From the NCBI GenBank assembly GCA_965204745.1, contig OZ242010.1, forward strand, positions 2,144,001-2,208,000: a stretch of DNA of 64,000 nucleotides, in the 5' to 3' direction. The notes beneath the pieces were generated by a model, which saw only the letters and a list, made by a program, of their open reading frames with translations, ran no database searches and was not told the DNA's origin. This DNA is from Candidatus Latescibacterota bacterium (GTDB lineage: Bacteria > Latescibacterota > UBA2968). The number at the start of each line of letters is the position of its first letter. Position 1 is the stretch's first letter. This document shows positions 40,218-51,500 of this stretch, piece by piece. The translations under genes and the position numbers were made by a program.

Positions 40218-42122
40218 TCAATCACCTGTTTCTTCCTTTGCTTCTTTCTCATCTTCCCCCTCTGTTTCCGCTTCCCCTGTCGCTTCGCTCTCCGCTTTTG
40301 CTTCCGCTTCCCCTTTCACTTCAGCTTCAGCCTCTGCCTCGCTTTTTGCTTCCGCTTCCGCTTCCGCTTCGCGCTCTGCCTCGCCTTTTGCTTCGCGCTC
40401 TGCCTCCTCCTCTGTCTCGGCCTCTGCGGGTCGGCGGAGGGGGTGGGCTTCGAGGAACGCGGCGACTTCATCTGGTTCGGCATCGCGCAACCGCTCTTTC
40501 ACGCTCAGCACGATCTTCTTTTGATCTTCGTCGAACTCCATGACCTTCAGCGGCAGTTCGTCGCCTTCTGCGAAGGACTCGCCCGGGCGTTTCAGATCGT
40601 CAATGCCCAGTTGGGATGAGGGCACGAATCCCTCGACTTGGCCTTCGAGATCGACCAGCACCCCGCGGTCGAGCATGTGCGAGATGCGGCCGCTCACCGC
40701 ATTGCCCACCGCATAGGTCACGGCCAGCGCGGCCCAGGGATTTTCAATCGTCTGCTTGTGCCCCAACGAGATGCGCCTGCGCTCCTTGTCGATATTGATC
40801 ACGATAACATCCAATTCCTGGCCTTTTCTCACCACATCGCTCGGATGCCGAATGCGCTTCGTCCACGACAGATCGGAAATATGCACCAGCCCGTCGATCC
40901 CATCTTCAATTTCGACAAACGCGCCAAACGTAGTCAAATTCCGCACCACGCCGCGAATCGGCGTGCCGGCCGGGTACTTGATATCCAGGGACTCCCAAGG
41001 ATCCGGTTGCACCTGCTTGAGACCCAGGGAAATTTTCTGGCCTTCCTCGTCCACGCGCAAGACCATCACCTCGACCTCATCGCTGATAGACACCAACTTG
41101 GAGGGATGGCGGATGTGTTGCGTCCACGACATTTCAGAAATGTGAACCAGCCCCTCGACGCCCTGTTCCAACTCGACAAACGCGCCGTAATCCGTGATGC
41201 TGACCACCTTGCCCAGCACCTTGTCATCCACTTTATACCGCTCGGACACGCCTTTCCACGGATGGTCTTGCAACTGCTTCAGGCCCAGGGAAATGCGCTC
41301 GCGCTCCGCGTCGAAATTGAGCACCTGCACCTCGATCTCTTGCCCAATGGACAACTCTTCAGAGGGATGACCGACCCGGCCCCAGGCGATATCCGTGATG
41401 TGCAACAAGCCGTCCAAGCCGCCCAAGTCGATAAACGCGCCAAAGTCCGTGATGTTTTTGACCGTGCCCGAGCGGATTTGCCCCACCTCCAGCGTGGCGA
41501 GAATCTGCTTACGCAAGCGCGCGCGTTCCTCTTCGAGCACCACGCGCCGGGAAATGACGATGTTGCGCCGATTCTTGTTCAGCTTGATGATGCGGAACGG
41601 GAACACCTCGCCGATAAAGCGATCAAAGTTTTTGACCTGCTTGATGTCGATTTGCGAGCCGGGCAAAAACGCCTCCACCCCGAACAGATCGACCACGATG
41701 CCGCCCTTGATTCGGCGCATCAACCGGCCTTCGACCATCTGCTCGGTATCGTACGCGTCTCGAATGCGATCCCACACCCGCATAAAATCGGCTTTGGTCT
41801 TGGACAGCACCACTTGGCCTTCTTGATCCTCGATGCTCTCCAAAAAGACCTCGACCTCATCGCCCTCTTCAATCGCGGGGGGCTCTCCAAACTCGGAGAG
41901 GGAAATCACGCCTTCGGACTTGAACCCGATATCGACCAACACCGCATTGTCGCGGATGGACAACACCTTGCCAATCACAATTTCGCCCTGCTCAATGGCC
42001 TCAAACGTGTCTTCGTAGAGATCCATCATTTCATCGTGTTCCGCATCGCTGTATTCGCGTTCATCGCGTTCATCCAGCGCGGCGAGAGCTTCTTTGGGCG
42101 TGGGGAGGGTATTGACTGCCAT
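40218..42122 (-). CDS. rpsA: 30S ribosomal protein S1 with acidic repetitive tail
   Basis: Six S1 domains (DIGFKSEG, AFLPGSQID, DGLLHITD, EGLVHISE, DGLVHISD); Glu/Ala-rich C-terminus. Confidence 0.97.
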   Translation of the reverse strand: MAVNTLPTPKEALAALDERDEREYSDAEHDEMMDLYEDTFEAIEQGEIVIGKVLSIRDNAVLVDIGFKSEGVISLSEFGEPPAIEEGDEVEVFLESIEDQEGQVVLSKTKADFMRVWDRIRDAYDTEQMVEGRLMRRIKGGIVVDLFGVEAFLPGSQIDIKQVKNFDRFIGEVFPFRIIKLNKNRRNIVISRRVVLEEERARLRKQILATLEVGQIRSGTVKNITDFGAFIDLGGLDGLLHITDIAWGRVGHPSEELSIGQEIEVQVLNFDAERERISLGLKQLQDHPWKGVSERYKVDDKVLGKVVSITDYGAFVELEQGVEGLVHISEMSWTQHIRHPSKLVSISDEVEVMVLRVDEEGQKISLGLKQVQPDPWESLDIKYPAGTPIRGVVRNLTTFGAFVEIEDGIDGLVHISDLSWTKRIRHPSDVVRKGQELDVIVINIDKERRRISLGHKQTIENPWAALAVTYAVGNAVSGRISHMLDRGVLVDLEGQVEGFVPSSQLGIDDLKRPGESFAEGDELPLKVMEFDEDQKKIVLSVKERLRDAEPDEVAAFLEAHPLRRPAEAETEEEAEREAKGEAEREAEAEAEAKSEAEAEAEVKGEAEAKAESEATGEAETEGEDEKEAKEETGD

Positions 42123-42180
42123 TGTATTTCCTTTCGTGCGCCAAAACGCACACCTGCAAAAAGAACGGCGAACAACGCCG

Positions 42181-42849
42181 TCAAACCGTGCCGACACCGC
42201 TTGGTGATCCACTGCGAGAAGCGGGTGCGACCGTGCCGGCTTTCCGCCGCATCCGCTCGAGAACGACGAGGTGACGCATCACCTCACAACTGATAAACTG
42301 GTACGCGTCGCGCCGCCTGTCCGGCAACTGCTCGGCGGGAAATCGAATGGGCTTGCCAAACCGCACTTGCAGCCGATCCATGCCGAGCATCGTCTTCCAG
42401 ATATTCACTGTGCCGGAAATGTACACGGGTATGACAGGGGCCTGTGTGCGATACACCAGCAGGCCGACCCCGGCCTTGGGGCGCAAGAACCCGGGGCCTT
42501 TGTTGCGCGTGCCTTCGGGAAAGATGAGCACCGGATTGCCACTTTGCAAAATTTTCGTCCAAGCCAACAATGCACTGCGGTCACTCCGCCGCCGATCAAC
42601 GGGCATCGCATGTAGCTTGCGAATCAACTTTCCCAACGCCGGAATCGCAAAGAGTTCGGCCTTGGCAAGATACCAAAGTTCGCGCCCTGTGGCAACCCCA
42701 ATCATGACGGGATCGACCAAAGAGCGATGATTGGCCGCCAAAATCACCGCGCCAGATCGGGGAATATGACGCCCCCCCTCAACGCGCAATCGAAACGCAC
42801 ACGCGACCAAAACGTACGCCAGCCACCAGCAATACCGATAAAATGTCAT
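42181..42849 (-). CDS. plsC: 1-acyl-sn-glycerol-3-phosphate acyltransferase
   Basis: NHRSLVD, IFPEGTR; ATGA overlap with cmk. Confidence 0.9.
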   Translation of the reverse strand: MTFYRYCWWLAYVLVACAFRLRVEGGRHIPRSGAVILAANHRSLVDPVMIGVATGRELWYLAKAELFAIPALGKLIRKLHAMPVDRRRSDRSALLAWTKILQSGNPVLIFPEGTRNKGPGFLRPKAGVGLLVYRTQAPVIPVYISGTVNIWKTMLGMDRLQVRFGKPIRFPAEQLPDRRRDAYQFISCEVMRHLVVLERMRRKAGTVAPASRSGSPSGVGTV

Positions 42850-43529
42850 TCGCTTTGTCCCCGAGCGAGTGCCACAATCCGATTGACTTGTTCTTTGACC
42901 GACAGCCCCGTGGTGTCGATATGCACCGCATCGGGCGCGGGCCACGCGCTGCGTTGCAACTGGGTTTGCTCGTCTCGAGCATCGCGTGCGCGAATATCGG
43001 CCAGCAGCGATTCAAAATCAGCGGACTCGCCCGCACGTTCCAAGTCCCTGAGCCGGCGGCGTGCGCGTTCCGCAGGATCGGCAATCAGAAAAATTTTCAA
43101 TTCTGCATCAGGAAAAATCGCCGTGCCCGTATCCCTGCCCTCCAAAACGATGCCCCCGTCTTTGCCCATGTCCTGCTGTCGCGCAACGAGCACCTCGCGC
43201 ACCCCCGGATGGACGGCCACGCGAGACGCGGCCCGCGAAACTTCGGACGTGCGAATGGCCCTGGAAACATCTTCGCCATCGAGCAGGGTTTGCCCCTGCC
43301 CATCCCGCGTTTCAAACGCAATATCGAGCGCCCGGCCCAATGCGGCGACCCCCTCCGCGTCATCGAGATCGACCCCGCGCCGCAATGCCGCCAACCCCAC
43401 CGCGCGATACATGGTGCCAGTGTCCAAATACACATAACCCATTTTACGCGCCACGCGCCGCGCCGTCGTGCTCTTGCCAGATCCGGCCGGCCCATCTATC
43501 GCAATGACAATGCCATTTTTGCGTTTCAT
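42846..43529 (-). CDS. cmk: cytidylate kinase
   Basis: IAIDGPAGSGKST, LDTGTMYRA, EGRDTGT. Confidence 0.97.
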   Translation of the reverse strand: MKRKNGIVIAIDGPAGSGKSTTARRVARKMGYVYLDTGTMYRAVGLAALRRGVDLDDAEGVAALGRALDIAFETRDGQGQTLLDGEDVSRAIRTSEVSRAASRVAVHPGVREVLVARQQDMGKDGGIVLEGRDTGTAIFPDAELKIFLIADPAERARRRLRDLERAGESADFESLLADIRARDARDEQTQLQRSAWPAPDAVHIDTTGLSVKEQVNRIVALARGQSE

Positions 43530-43840
43530 CTGTAGATGCCTTTTTCATCTTCGGTCAGGTGAGAGGTGAGAGGCAAGACGGAAGACGGGAGATATAAGAG
43601 GGGAGAGGGTTTGTCAGTTCCAATTCATCCTCAAGTCGTCAGTTGTCAGCCGCCTCCCCCCATCACCCGTAGGGACAGGCCCCGTGCCTGGCGTCATTCA
43701 GCGATCAGCCTGGCGTCATTCTGACGAAATTATACCCCTGTATATTTTAGGCAAAATCCAGTGACTTTTGTCTTTCTCTCCTTTGCCTCTTGTATCTTTG
43801 GGCGAGCCGTGTGTAGGGGCAGCACCCCTACGTTTCTATC

Positions 43841-43910
43841 CTCGCCTCTTGCCTCTCACCTCTTGCCTCTCACCTCTTACCTCTTGCCTCTTACCTCTTA
43901 CCTCTCCCCG
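43841..43910. repeat. heptamer tandem repeat (TCTYRCC)n
   Basis: TCTTGCC/TCTCACC/TCTTACC units; overlaps the HNH stop codon. Confidence 0.9.
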
Positions 43911-44415
43911 CTTGCCGCCTATGCTCTACCCGTCCAAACAACGGCAGATCTGCCCGTCCCGCGCTTTCTATCTTCTGGTGACACGACGGGCACAAGCTAA
44001 TCAAATTGCTCAGTTGATTGGCCTCTTGTGGCGAATCGAACAGCCGATACGGAACTTTGTGATGCACGTCCATCTGCCGCCCGAGTGCGTCTTCTGTTAT
44101 CCCGCACGCCACGCAACAAAACCCATCGCGTTCCCGCGCCAAGCCCGCCTGCGTCTTCCAATTTCCCCCGCGGTATTCGGGGCGACCTTCGAGCACGAGT
44201 TCAAACGCCTCATCGGCCTCCCAGTCGGCTCTGCACGTATTGTTGCAAAACTGCGCGTGCATACCCCGCTCAACGTACCAGCGCGGTTGGGCAAATCGCT
44301 TGCCACACTGCACGCACCGCACCGCGACCTGATCCTCGCGCCGAACTTGCCGCTCCTCATCGAACGCCAAGCGCATCTGCGGCGACGCGATTGCCGAATG
44401 CTTTCCGTCTGCCAT
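43891..44415 (-). CDS. HNH endonuclease with N-terminal zinc ribbon
   Basis: CVQCGK..FCNNTC; RERDGFCCVACG, DVHHKVP, NLISLCPSCH. Confidence 0.85.
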   Translation of the reverse strand: MADGKHSAIASPQMRLAFDEERQVRREDQVAVRCVQCGKRFAQPRWYVERGMHAQFCNNTCRADWEADEAFELVLEGRPEYRGGNWKTQAGLARERDGFCCVACGITEDALGRQMDVHHKVPYRLFDSPQEANQLSNLISLCPSCHQKIESAGRADLPLFGRVEHRRQAGRGKR

Positions 44416-44875
44416 TGCTAACTCCATTGGTCAAATGAACGGGCTTAGAATATCGGCACGATTGCGAGAAATTGCAAGCGCACATTTTTGCGTTATGAGT
44501 AGGGTAGTGGTCATACCAAAGTAGTAATACGAATTGATTTGATATCGATCTATATGGACGCCTCAGTAGTCACTGCTTCGGACAGGCACGGGGGCTATCC
44601 CTACGACTGATGGGGCGAGGTGGACTGACAACTGACAATGCGAATTGAGAGTAGAAAGCGAGTAAGAAGCAAGCCGCAACCCATCATCCAAAGACATGAA
44701 CGGGGTTCTGTTGACATTTTGTGTTAGAGCGATGAGCGTGGCCGCAAAACAGAGAAAGCCTCGATCCTCGCCGCGCCACCGCGCCACCCGTGCGTCCCCG
44801 TCCCCACCCCACCCGTGTCTGAATCGCGGATTAAACGGATTACGCGGATTGCGCGGATTACCCCACACCGCCCTA

Positions 44876-45114
44876 CCGCCATAGCCCTATCCCCCCGGCC
44901 CCCGTTATTCGCTTCGCTCATTGTAGGCTACGCCTGTGCCTACGCGGAAAGGGGGAGCGCATGGCTTTCTTGAAGGTTTGTATCCCTGGCTGTTTTGATG
45001 GCTTTGCGCGAATAGATCACGCTATGAACCCCAAAAAACCTCTACGCCATTCCCCTCGCAAAACCGCTCACAGTTCCCCCTTCCTCGCAGGAAGGGGGTT
45101 AGGGGGTAGGTCCC
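44876..45114 (+). repeat. long repeat, inverted partner at 53464-53819
   Basis: Reverse complement aligns along its length; contains CCCCCTTCC..GGAAGGGGG palindromes. Confidence 0.88.
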
Positions 45115-45199
45115 CCTCGCACACCCTCTCGCCATTCCCCCCTTCCTCGCAGGAAGGGGGCCAGGGGGTAGGTCCCAATTCCCATCGTCATTTTACCAC

Positions 45200-45228
45200 T
45201 TGACAAACAACAGCGTAATTTTTAATTT
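45200..45228 (+). promoter_or_regulatory. putative sigma70 promoter of the large secreted protein
   Basis: TTGACA-17 nt-TAATTT. Confidence 0.5.
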
Positions 45229-45461
45229 TTTACCCATTCGCTATTTCGATTTTGAGCGCGGAGGAAAAGCCGCGCCCGGTCTGTGCGACAGCTTTTGCAA
45301 AGGAGGCTCCAGATGATCACCGCCATTTTCAGCCGCTGTTTGAACCTCATTTGGTGCTATGTTCCCACCGTGAAAAGTGGCGTTCATATCGCCCATTCTC
45401 GTCTTGATGTGTGGTTCTATTTCATTGCAAAACAATCTGTTAGGATGATCAGTACAGTGTA

Positions 45462-45485
45462 CCCCCCCCCCCCCCCCCCCCCCCC
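45462..45485 (+). repeat. poly-C tract (24 C)
   Basis: Direct count; 19 nt upstream of ATG 45505. Confidence 0.9.
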
Positions 45486-45504
45486 TCTCGGAGAGGGGGA
45501 CAAA

Positions 45505-48500
45505 ATGACGCCCCGCTACGCTCGCTTGTTGGCCCTGGTCGCGCTGGGCATGCTGGTGGCATCAGGGCCGGCTTTTGCCCAAACCGACTACGACTCGGAC
45601 AACGACGGCTACATTGATGTAGCCAACCTCGCACAGCTCAACGCCATTCGCTGGGATCTCAATGGCGATGGTGTTGTGTCGAGCACCGACTCTACAAACT
45701 ACTTCACCGCCTTCAGTAACCCCGCCTCGGGCATGGGGTGTCCGTCCTCCGGCTGTAATGGCTACGAACTGCTCAACAACTTGGACTTTGACGAGAACAA
45801 CGACAACTCAATCACCTCAGCAGACGCCACCTATTGGAACAACGGTGCCGGATGGCTACCCATAGGTGGTACCTACACGGGCAATTTCAAGGGCAACGGC
45901 TACACCATCGACAACCTGTTCATCAACCGTGGCTCCGCCAGCGCTATCGGACTGTTCTATCAATTTGGATCCAGCTCCCGCGTCGAAACCCTCGGCATCA
46001 TCAACGCCAATGTTACGTTAAAGAAATATGGCGGTATTCTGGTATACCAAAATTCCGGCACAATCGTCGCCTGCTACACCACCGGCACAGTGACGGGGGA
46101 AGAAAAAATTTCTGGATTAGTCGGCTGGGCTGGCACAGGAAGTATCTCAACTAGCTACTCCCATGCATCCGTTACAACCTCCACCAACGATAGCGATGTC
46201 GGCGGTTTGGTAGGCGAGATATGGGGCAATGCCATTATAAGAAATTCGTACTTCGCAGGTACCATCAACGGCACCAATTCCGCCGGCGGATTAGTCGGGG
46301 ACGAAGACGGAGGTAGCGCGTACGACAGCTACTGGGACTCCTCAAAAGCTTCAGGGACGATCCAACTGGGTAGCGGTCAGTCCACTACCACTCTCCAAGG
46401 TACCACCGGCTATACTGGCATCTACGCCAACTGGAACCTGGACTTGGATGGCAATACCAACACCGGCGATAGCCAAGGCAGAGACGATCCGTGGAACTTC
46501 GGCACCAGTAGCCAGTACCCGGTACTGAAGTACGTCGGTCCTTCCGCGGTAGTGATTGACCACGATGGCGATAACGATGGCCTGATTGACATCAAGACTT
46601 TGGCGCAACTCAACGCCATTCGCCACGACCTCAACGGCAATGGCGACGCTACCCACGCCGATTATGCCGCCGCCTTTCCCGGCCGAGTCACCACCAGTAG
46701 CGGCCGGATGGGTTGCCCGTCCGGGACCTGCACTGGCTACGAACTGCTCAACAACTTGGACTTTGACGAGAACAACGACGGCGCGATCACCCAAGCAGAC
46801 ACCACCTACTGGAATAGCGGTGCCGGCTGGGACCCTCTGGGGACTTACACCGGCACGTTCAAGGGCAACAACAAGACCATCTCCCACCTGTTCATCAACC
46901 GGGGGTCTCGGCATAATACAGGATTGTTCCAGGCGGTTGATGGCGATGTTTCGGGGTTGGGGTTGTTGAATGTGGATGTGACCGGCCGTGACCGCGTGGG
47001 TGGTCTGGCCGGTAATCAAGGTGGTGGGGGCACCATCTCGTCGTGTTATGTGACGGGTCGCGTTTCGGGGTCGAAGTGGGGTGTGGGTGGTTTGGTTGGT
47101 CGGTCTTTTCGCACTTCGGGCACCAACCGCATTGTGAGCAGCTATGCGAGAGTCTCTGTGCGCGTTCCTGCGTCTGTGACGAGTGGCGGGATGGCCGGCG
47201 GTTTGGTGGGTTGGCTGACCGATCAGACCGAGGTGGTGGCGTCTTACGCGATGGGCTCTGTGTTCGTGGGACACAGTAGCGGGGTGGGCGGTGGGTTGGT
47301 GGGTCAAATCGCGAGCGGCGGTGGCGTGACCGCGAGCTACTCGATAGGGCGGGTCACGGGTGCCGGCACGAAAGGCGGTTTGGTGGGTAGCATATCTGGC
47401 ACAGTGACCGATAGCTACTGGGACACGCAAGAAAGCGGCATTGCCGACGATGGCGATACTGTTGCGCCGGAGGGCAAGCTGATCTCCGACTTACAATCGG
47501 TCACGTCTGCGAGCGGCATCTATGCCAACTGGGACGATCTGACCATAGATGCTTCGGGGGCCAACGATGATGATCCCTGGACCTTTGGCACGACAAAGCA
47601 GTATCCGGTCTTGACGTTTGCCGACATGGACACCACGGTGCAATTCGCTATCCAACCTGTGCATTATGACACGGATAGCGACGGCCTCCTCGAGGTCTCG
47701 ACCTTGGCCCAACTGCATGCCATGCGCTGGGATCTCAATGGCGATGGGGTCGTCGCCGATAGTGATGCCATGACCTACAACGCCGCCTTTCCCAACGGGA
47801 ACTTGTCACGGAGCAAGGGGTGTCCTTCCACAGGTTGCATCGGCTACGAACTGCTCGCCAACCTGGACTTTGACACCTCCGGCGACGGAGAGATCACCTC
47901 AGCAGACGCCACCTACTGGAATGGCGGCGCCGGCTGGGCACCCATCGGCAGTAGCAACACCTCCCCATACACCGCCACGTTTGAGGGCAACGGCAAGACG
48001 ATCTCCCACCTGTACATCAACCGCTACGTCAACTTTTCGGGATTTTTCGCAAGCACGGATACCACTACCCACATTCGCTCTTTGGGGTTGGTCAACGCGG
48101 TGATCAATACGGGTCAGGGCACGGTGGGCGCGCTGGTGGGTCTGAACAAGGGTCGGATCGCGGCGAGTTACGTCACGGGGTCGGTCACGGCGAGCACCAA
48201 TGTCGGCGGGTTGGCGGGCGCCACTCAGAGGGGGTCGTACATCGTGGCGAGTTACGCCACGGCGTCTGTGGTGTGCAATCAGTCGGGGCCGTGGTCCACT
48301 GGCGGCGGGTTGGTAGGTGCCAATGGTCCGGGTGCGACGATCGCGTCGAGCTACTCAACAGGCTCAGTGACGGGGGCCTGCCTGCACAAGCATGGGCTGG
48401 CGGAAAACTCAGGTACAGTGACCGATAGCTACTGGGACACGCAAACAAGCGACATTGCCGATGATAGCGATACTGTTGCGCCGGAGGGCAAGTTGACCTC

Positions 48501-51500
48501 CGACTTACAATCGGTCACGTCTGCGAGCGGCATCTATGCCAACTGGGACGATCTGACCATAGATGCTTCGGGGGCCAACGATGATGATCCCTGGACCTTT
48601 GGCACGACGAATCAGTATCCGGCCTTGAAGTTTGCCGGCCTGGACACCACGGCGCAGTTCGCTACCCAACCCGTGCATTACGACACGGATAGCGATGGCC
48701 TCCTCGAGGTCTCGACCTTGGCCCAACTGCATGCCATGCGCTGGGATCTCAATGGCGATGGGGTCGTAGCCGATAGTGATGCCATGACCTACAACGCCGC
48801 CTTTCCCAACGGGAACTTGTCAGCGAGCAAGGGTTGCCCTTCCACAGGTTGCATCGGCTACGAACTGCTCAACAACTTGGACTTTGACGAGAACAACGAC
48901 GGCGCGATCACCCAAGCAGACGCCACCTACTGGAATAGCGGCGCCGGCTGGGACCCTGTGGGGCCTTACGGCGGCACATTCAAAGGCAACAACAAGACGA
49001 TCTCCCACCTGTTCATCAACCGGGGGTCTCGGCATAATACAGGATTGTTCCATGCGGTTGATGGCGATGTTTCGGGATTGGGGTTGTTGAATGTGAATGT
49101 GACCGGTGCTGACCGCGTGGGTGGTCTGGCCGGTAATCAAGGTGGTGGGGGCACCATCTCGTCGTGTTATGTGACGGGTCGCGTTTCGGGGTCGCGGTGG
49201 GGTGTGGGTGGTTTGGTTGGTCGGTCTTATCGCACTTCGGGCAGCAACCGCATTGTGAGCAGCTACGCGCTCGTCTCTGTGCGGGTTCCTGCACATGTGA
49301 CGAGTGACGGGCTGGCTGGCGGTTTGGTGGGTTGGCTGACCGATCAGACCGAGGTGGTGGCGTCTTACGCGCTGGGCTCTGTGTTCGCGGGACACAGCAG
49401 CGCGGTGGGCGGCGGGTTGGTGGGTCAAATCGCGAGCAACGCTGACGTGACAGCTAGCTACGCGATAGGACGGGTCACGGGTGCAGGCACGAAAGGCGGG
49501 TTGGTGGGCAGTTCGGCTGGTACAGTGACCGATAGCCACTGGGACACCTCCACCAGCGGGCAGACCACCAGTGCCGGCGGTAGCGGCGTTGTTGGCAAGA
49601 CGACTAGCGATCTCCTAAGCCCTACTACCTACGGTGCCACCGCCAACGACACCTACTACAACTGGAACGCCAACCTCGACGGACAACCCGGCAACGATGA
49701 TCCGTGGACCTTTGGCGCGATGGATCAGTATCCGGCCTTGAAGTATGCCGGCATGGACACCACCGCGCAATTTCAGCTTCAACCCGCGAGAGTGACGTTG
49801 ACCCTGATGCCCTCGTCGATCTCGGAAAGCGGCGGGATGGGCACTGTGACCGCGACGCTGGCACACCCGTTGAGCGCGGCAACGACGATCACGGTGCGCC
49901 CTGTGGCGGGTGCTTACACGGTGGGGTCGGATACGACGATCACCATCGCGGCCGGGAGCACTGCGAACGCGACGGATACGGTGGTCATCACAGCGGTGAA
50001 CAACACCCAAGACGAGCCTAATCGCGATGTGACCGTGTCCGTTGTGGCGGGCAACGCCCAAGGCGCGGGCAGTGTAACTGGTGCGACTTTGACGCTGGAG
50101 GACGACGACCCTGCACCGACAGCGACGTTGGCGGCGTCACCGGCGTCGATTTCGGAGAACGGCGCGGTTTCGACGATCACGGCGTCGCTATCGCGTCCAT
50201 CGAGCGCGGCGACGACGATCACGGTGCGCCCGGTGGCGGGTGCTTACACGGTGGGGGCGGATACGACGATCACCATCGCGGCCGGGGACACGATTAACGC
50301 GTCGGACACGGTGGTCATCACAGCGGTGAACAATACCCAAGACGCGCCTAATCGCGACGTGACCGTGCTAGGTGTGATGAGCAACACCCAAGGCGCGGGC
50401 AGTGTGACCGGTGCGGCTTTGACGCTGACGGACGACGACGTTGCGCCGGACGTGACGATGGTTTTGTCGCCTGCGTCGATTTCAGAGGACGGCGCGATTT
50501 CGACGGTGACCGCGACCCTGTCTCACACGTCGAGCGCGGCGACGACGATCACGGTTTCAGCGTCGGCTGTGTCGCCTGCGGTTCCGGGCGACTACATGCT
50601 GAGTACGCCGGCCACGCTGACCGTCGCGGCGGGCGCAACGACGAGCACGGGCACCGTGACGATCACGACGGTGGACAACAGCATATCTTCGGGGAACAAG
50701 ACGGTGACCGTGTCGAGCACGGTGGGCAACAGCATAGGCACGGGATCGGTCACTGATGCGACGCTGACGATTATCGATGACGAAGTGGCGCAGGTGACAT
50801 TGGTTTTGACTCCGGCGTCAATTACGGAGAATGCCCAGATTTCCACGATCACGGCGACGCTAGATCGCGTTGCAACCGTGGCGACGACGGTCACGGTTTC
50901 AGCGACCCCGGTGGCCCCTGCGGTTGCGGGCGATTTTACGCTATCGACCGCGACCACGCTGACCTTCGCGGCGAATGTGACGACGAGCACAGGCGCCGTG
51001 ACGATCACCTCGGTGAACGACACGACCGATGCGCCGGACAAGCGCGTGACCGTGTCTGCAACGGTGGCAGGTGGCAATGGGGCGTCGCTATCGTCTGCCG
51101 TGACCCTGACGATCACCGACGATGAGGCCGCGCCGGATGTGGCACTGACGCTGTCGCCCGCGTCGATTGCAGAGACCGGCGGTGTTTCGACGATCACGGC
51201 GACGCTGTCGCATCGGTCGAGCGCGGCGACGACGATCACAGTGCGCCCGGTGGCGGGTGCCTACACGGTGGGGATGGATTCGACGATCACCATCGCGGCT
51301 GGGAGCACGGCGAACGCGACGGACACAGTAGAGATCACGGCCGTGGACAACGCGACCGATGCGCCGAACAATTCCTTGACCGTGTCTGTTGCGGTGAGCA
51401 ATGACCAAGGCGCAGGCAACGTGACCGGCACGGCTTTGACGATCACAGACGATGACGCCGCGCCGGACGTGACACTAATGCTGTCGCCCGCGTCCATCTC

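Noticed and set aside
45283-45444. 5' extension of the giant ORF to 45283
   Set aside because: No RBS, and it would bury the signal peptide that begins at 45505
46735-49545. Diversity-generating retroelement template/variable repeat pair
   Set aside because: Both copies are in-frame domains of one protein, differences are not visibly adenine-specific, and no reverse transcriptase is in the window
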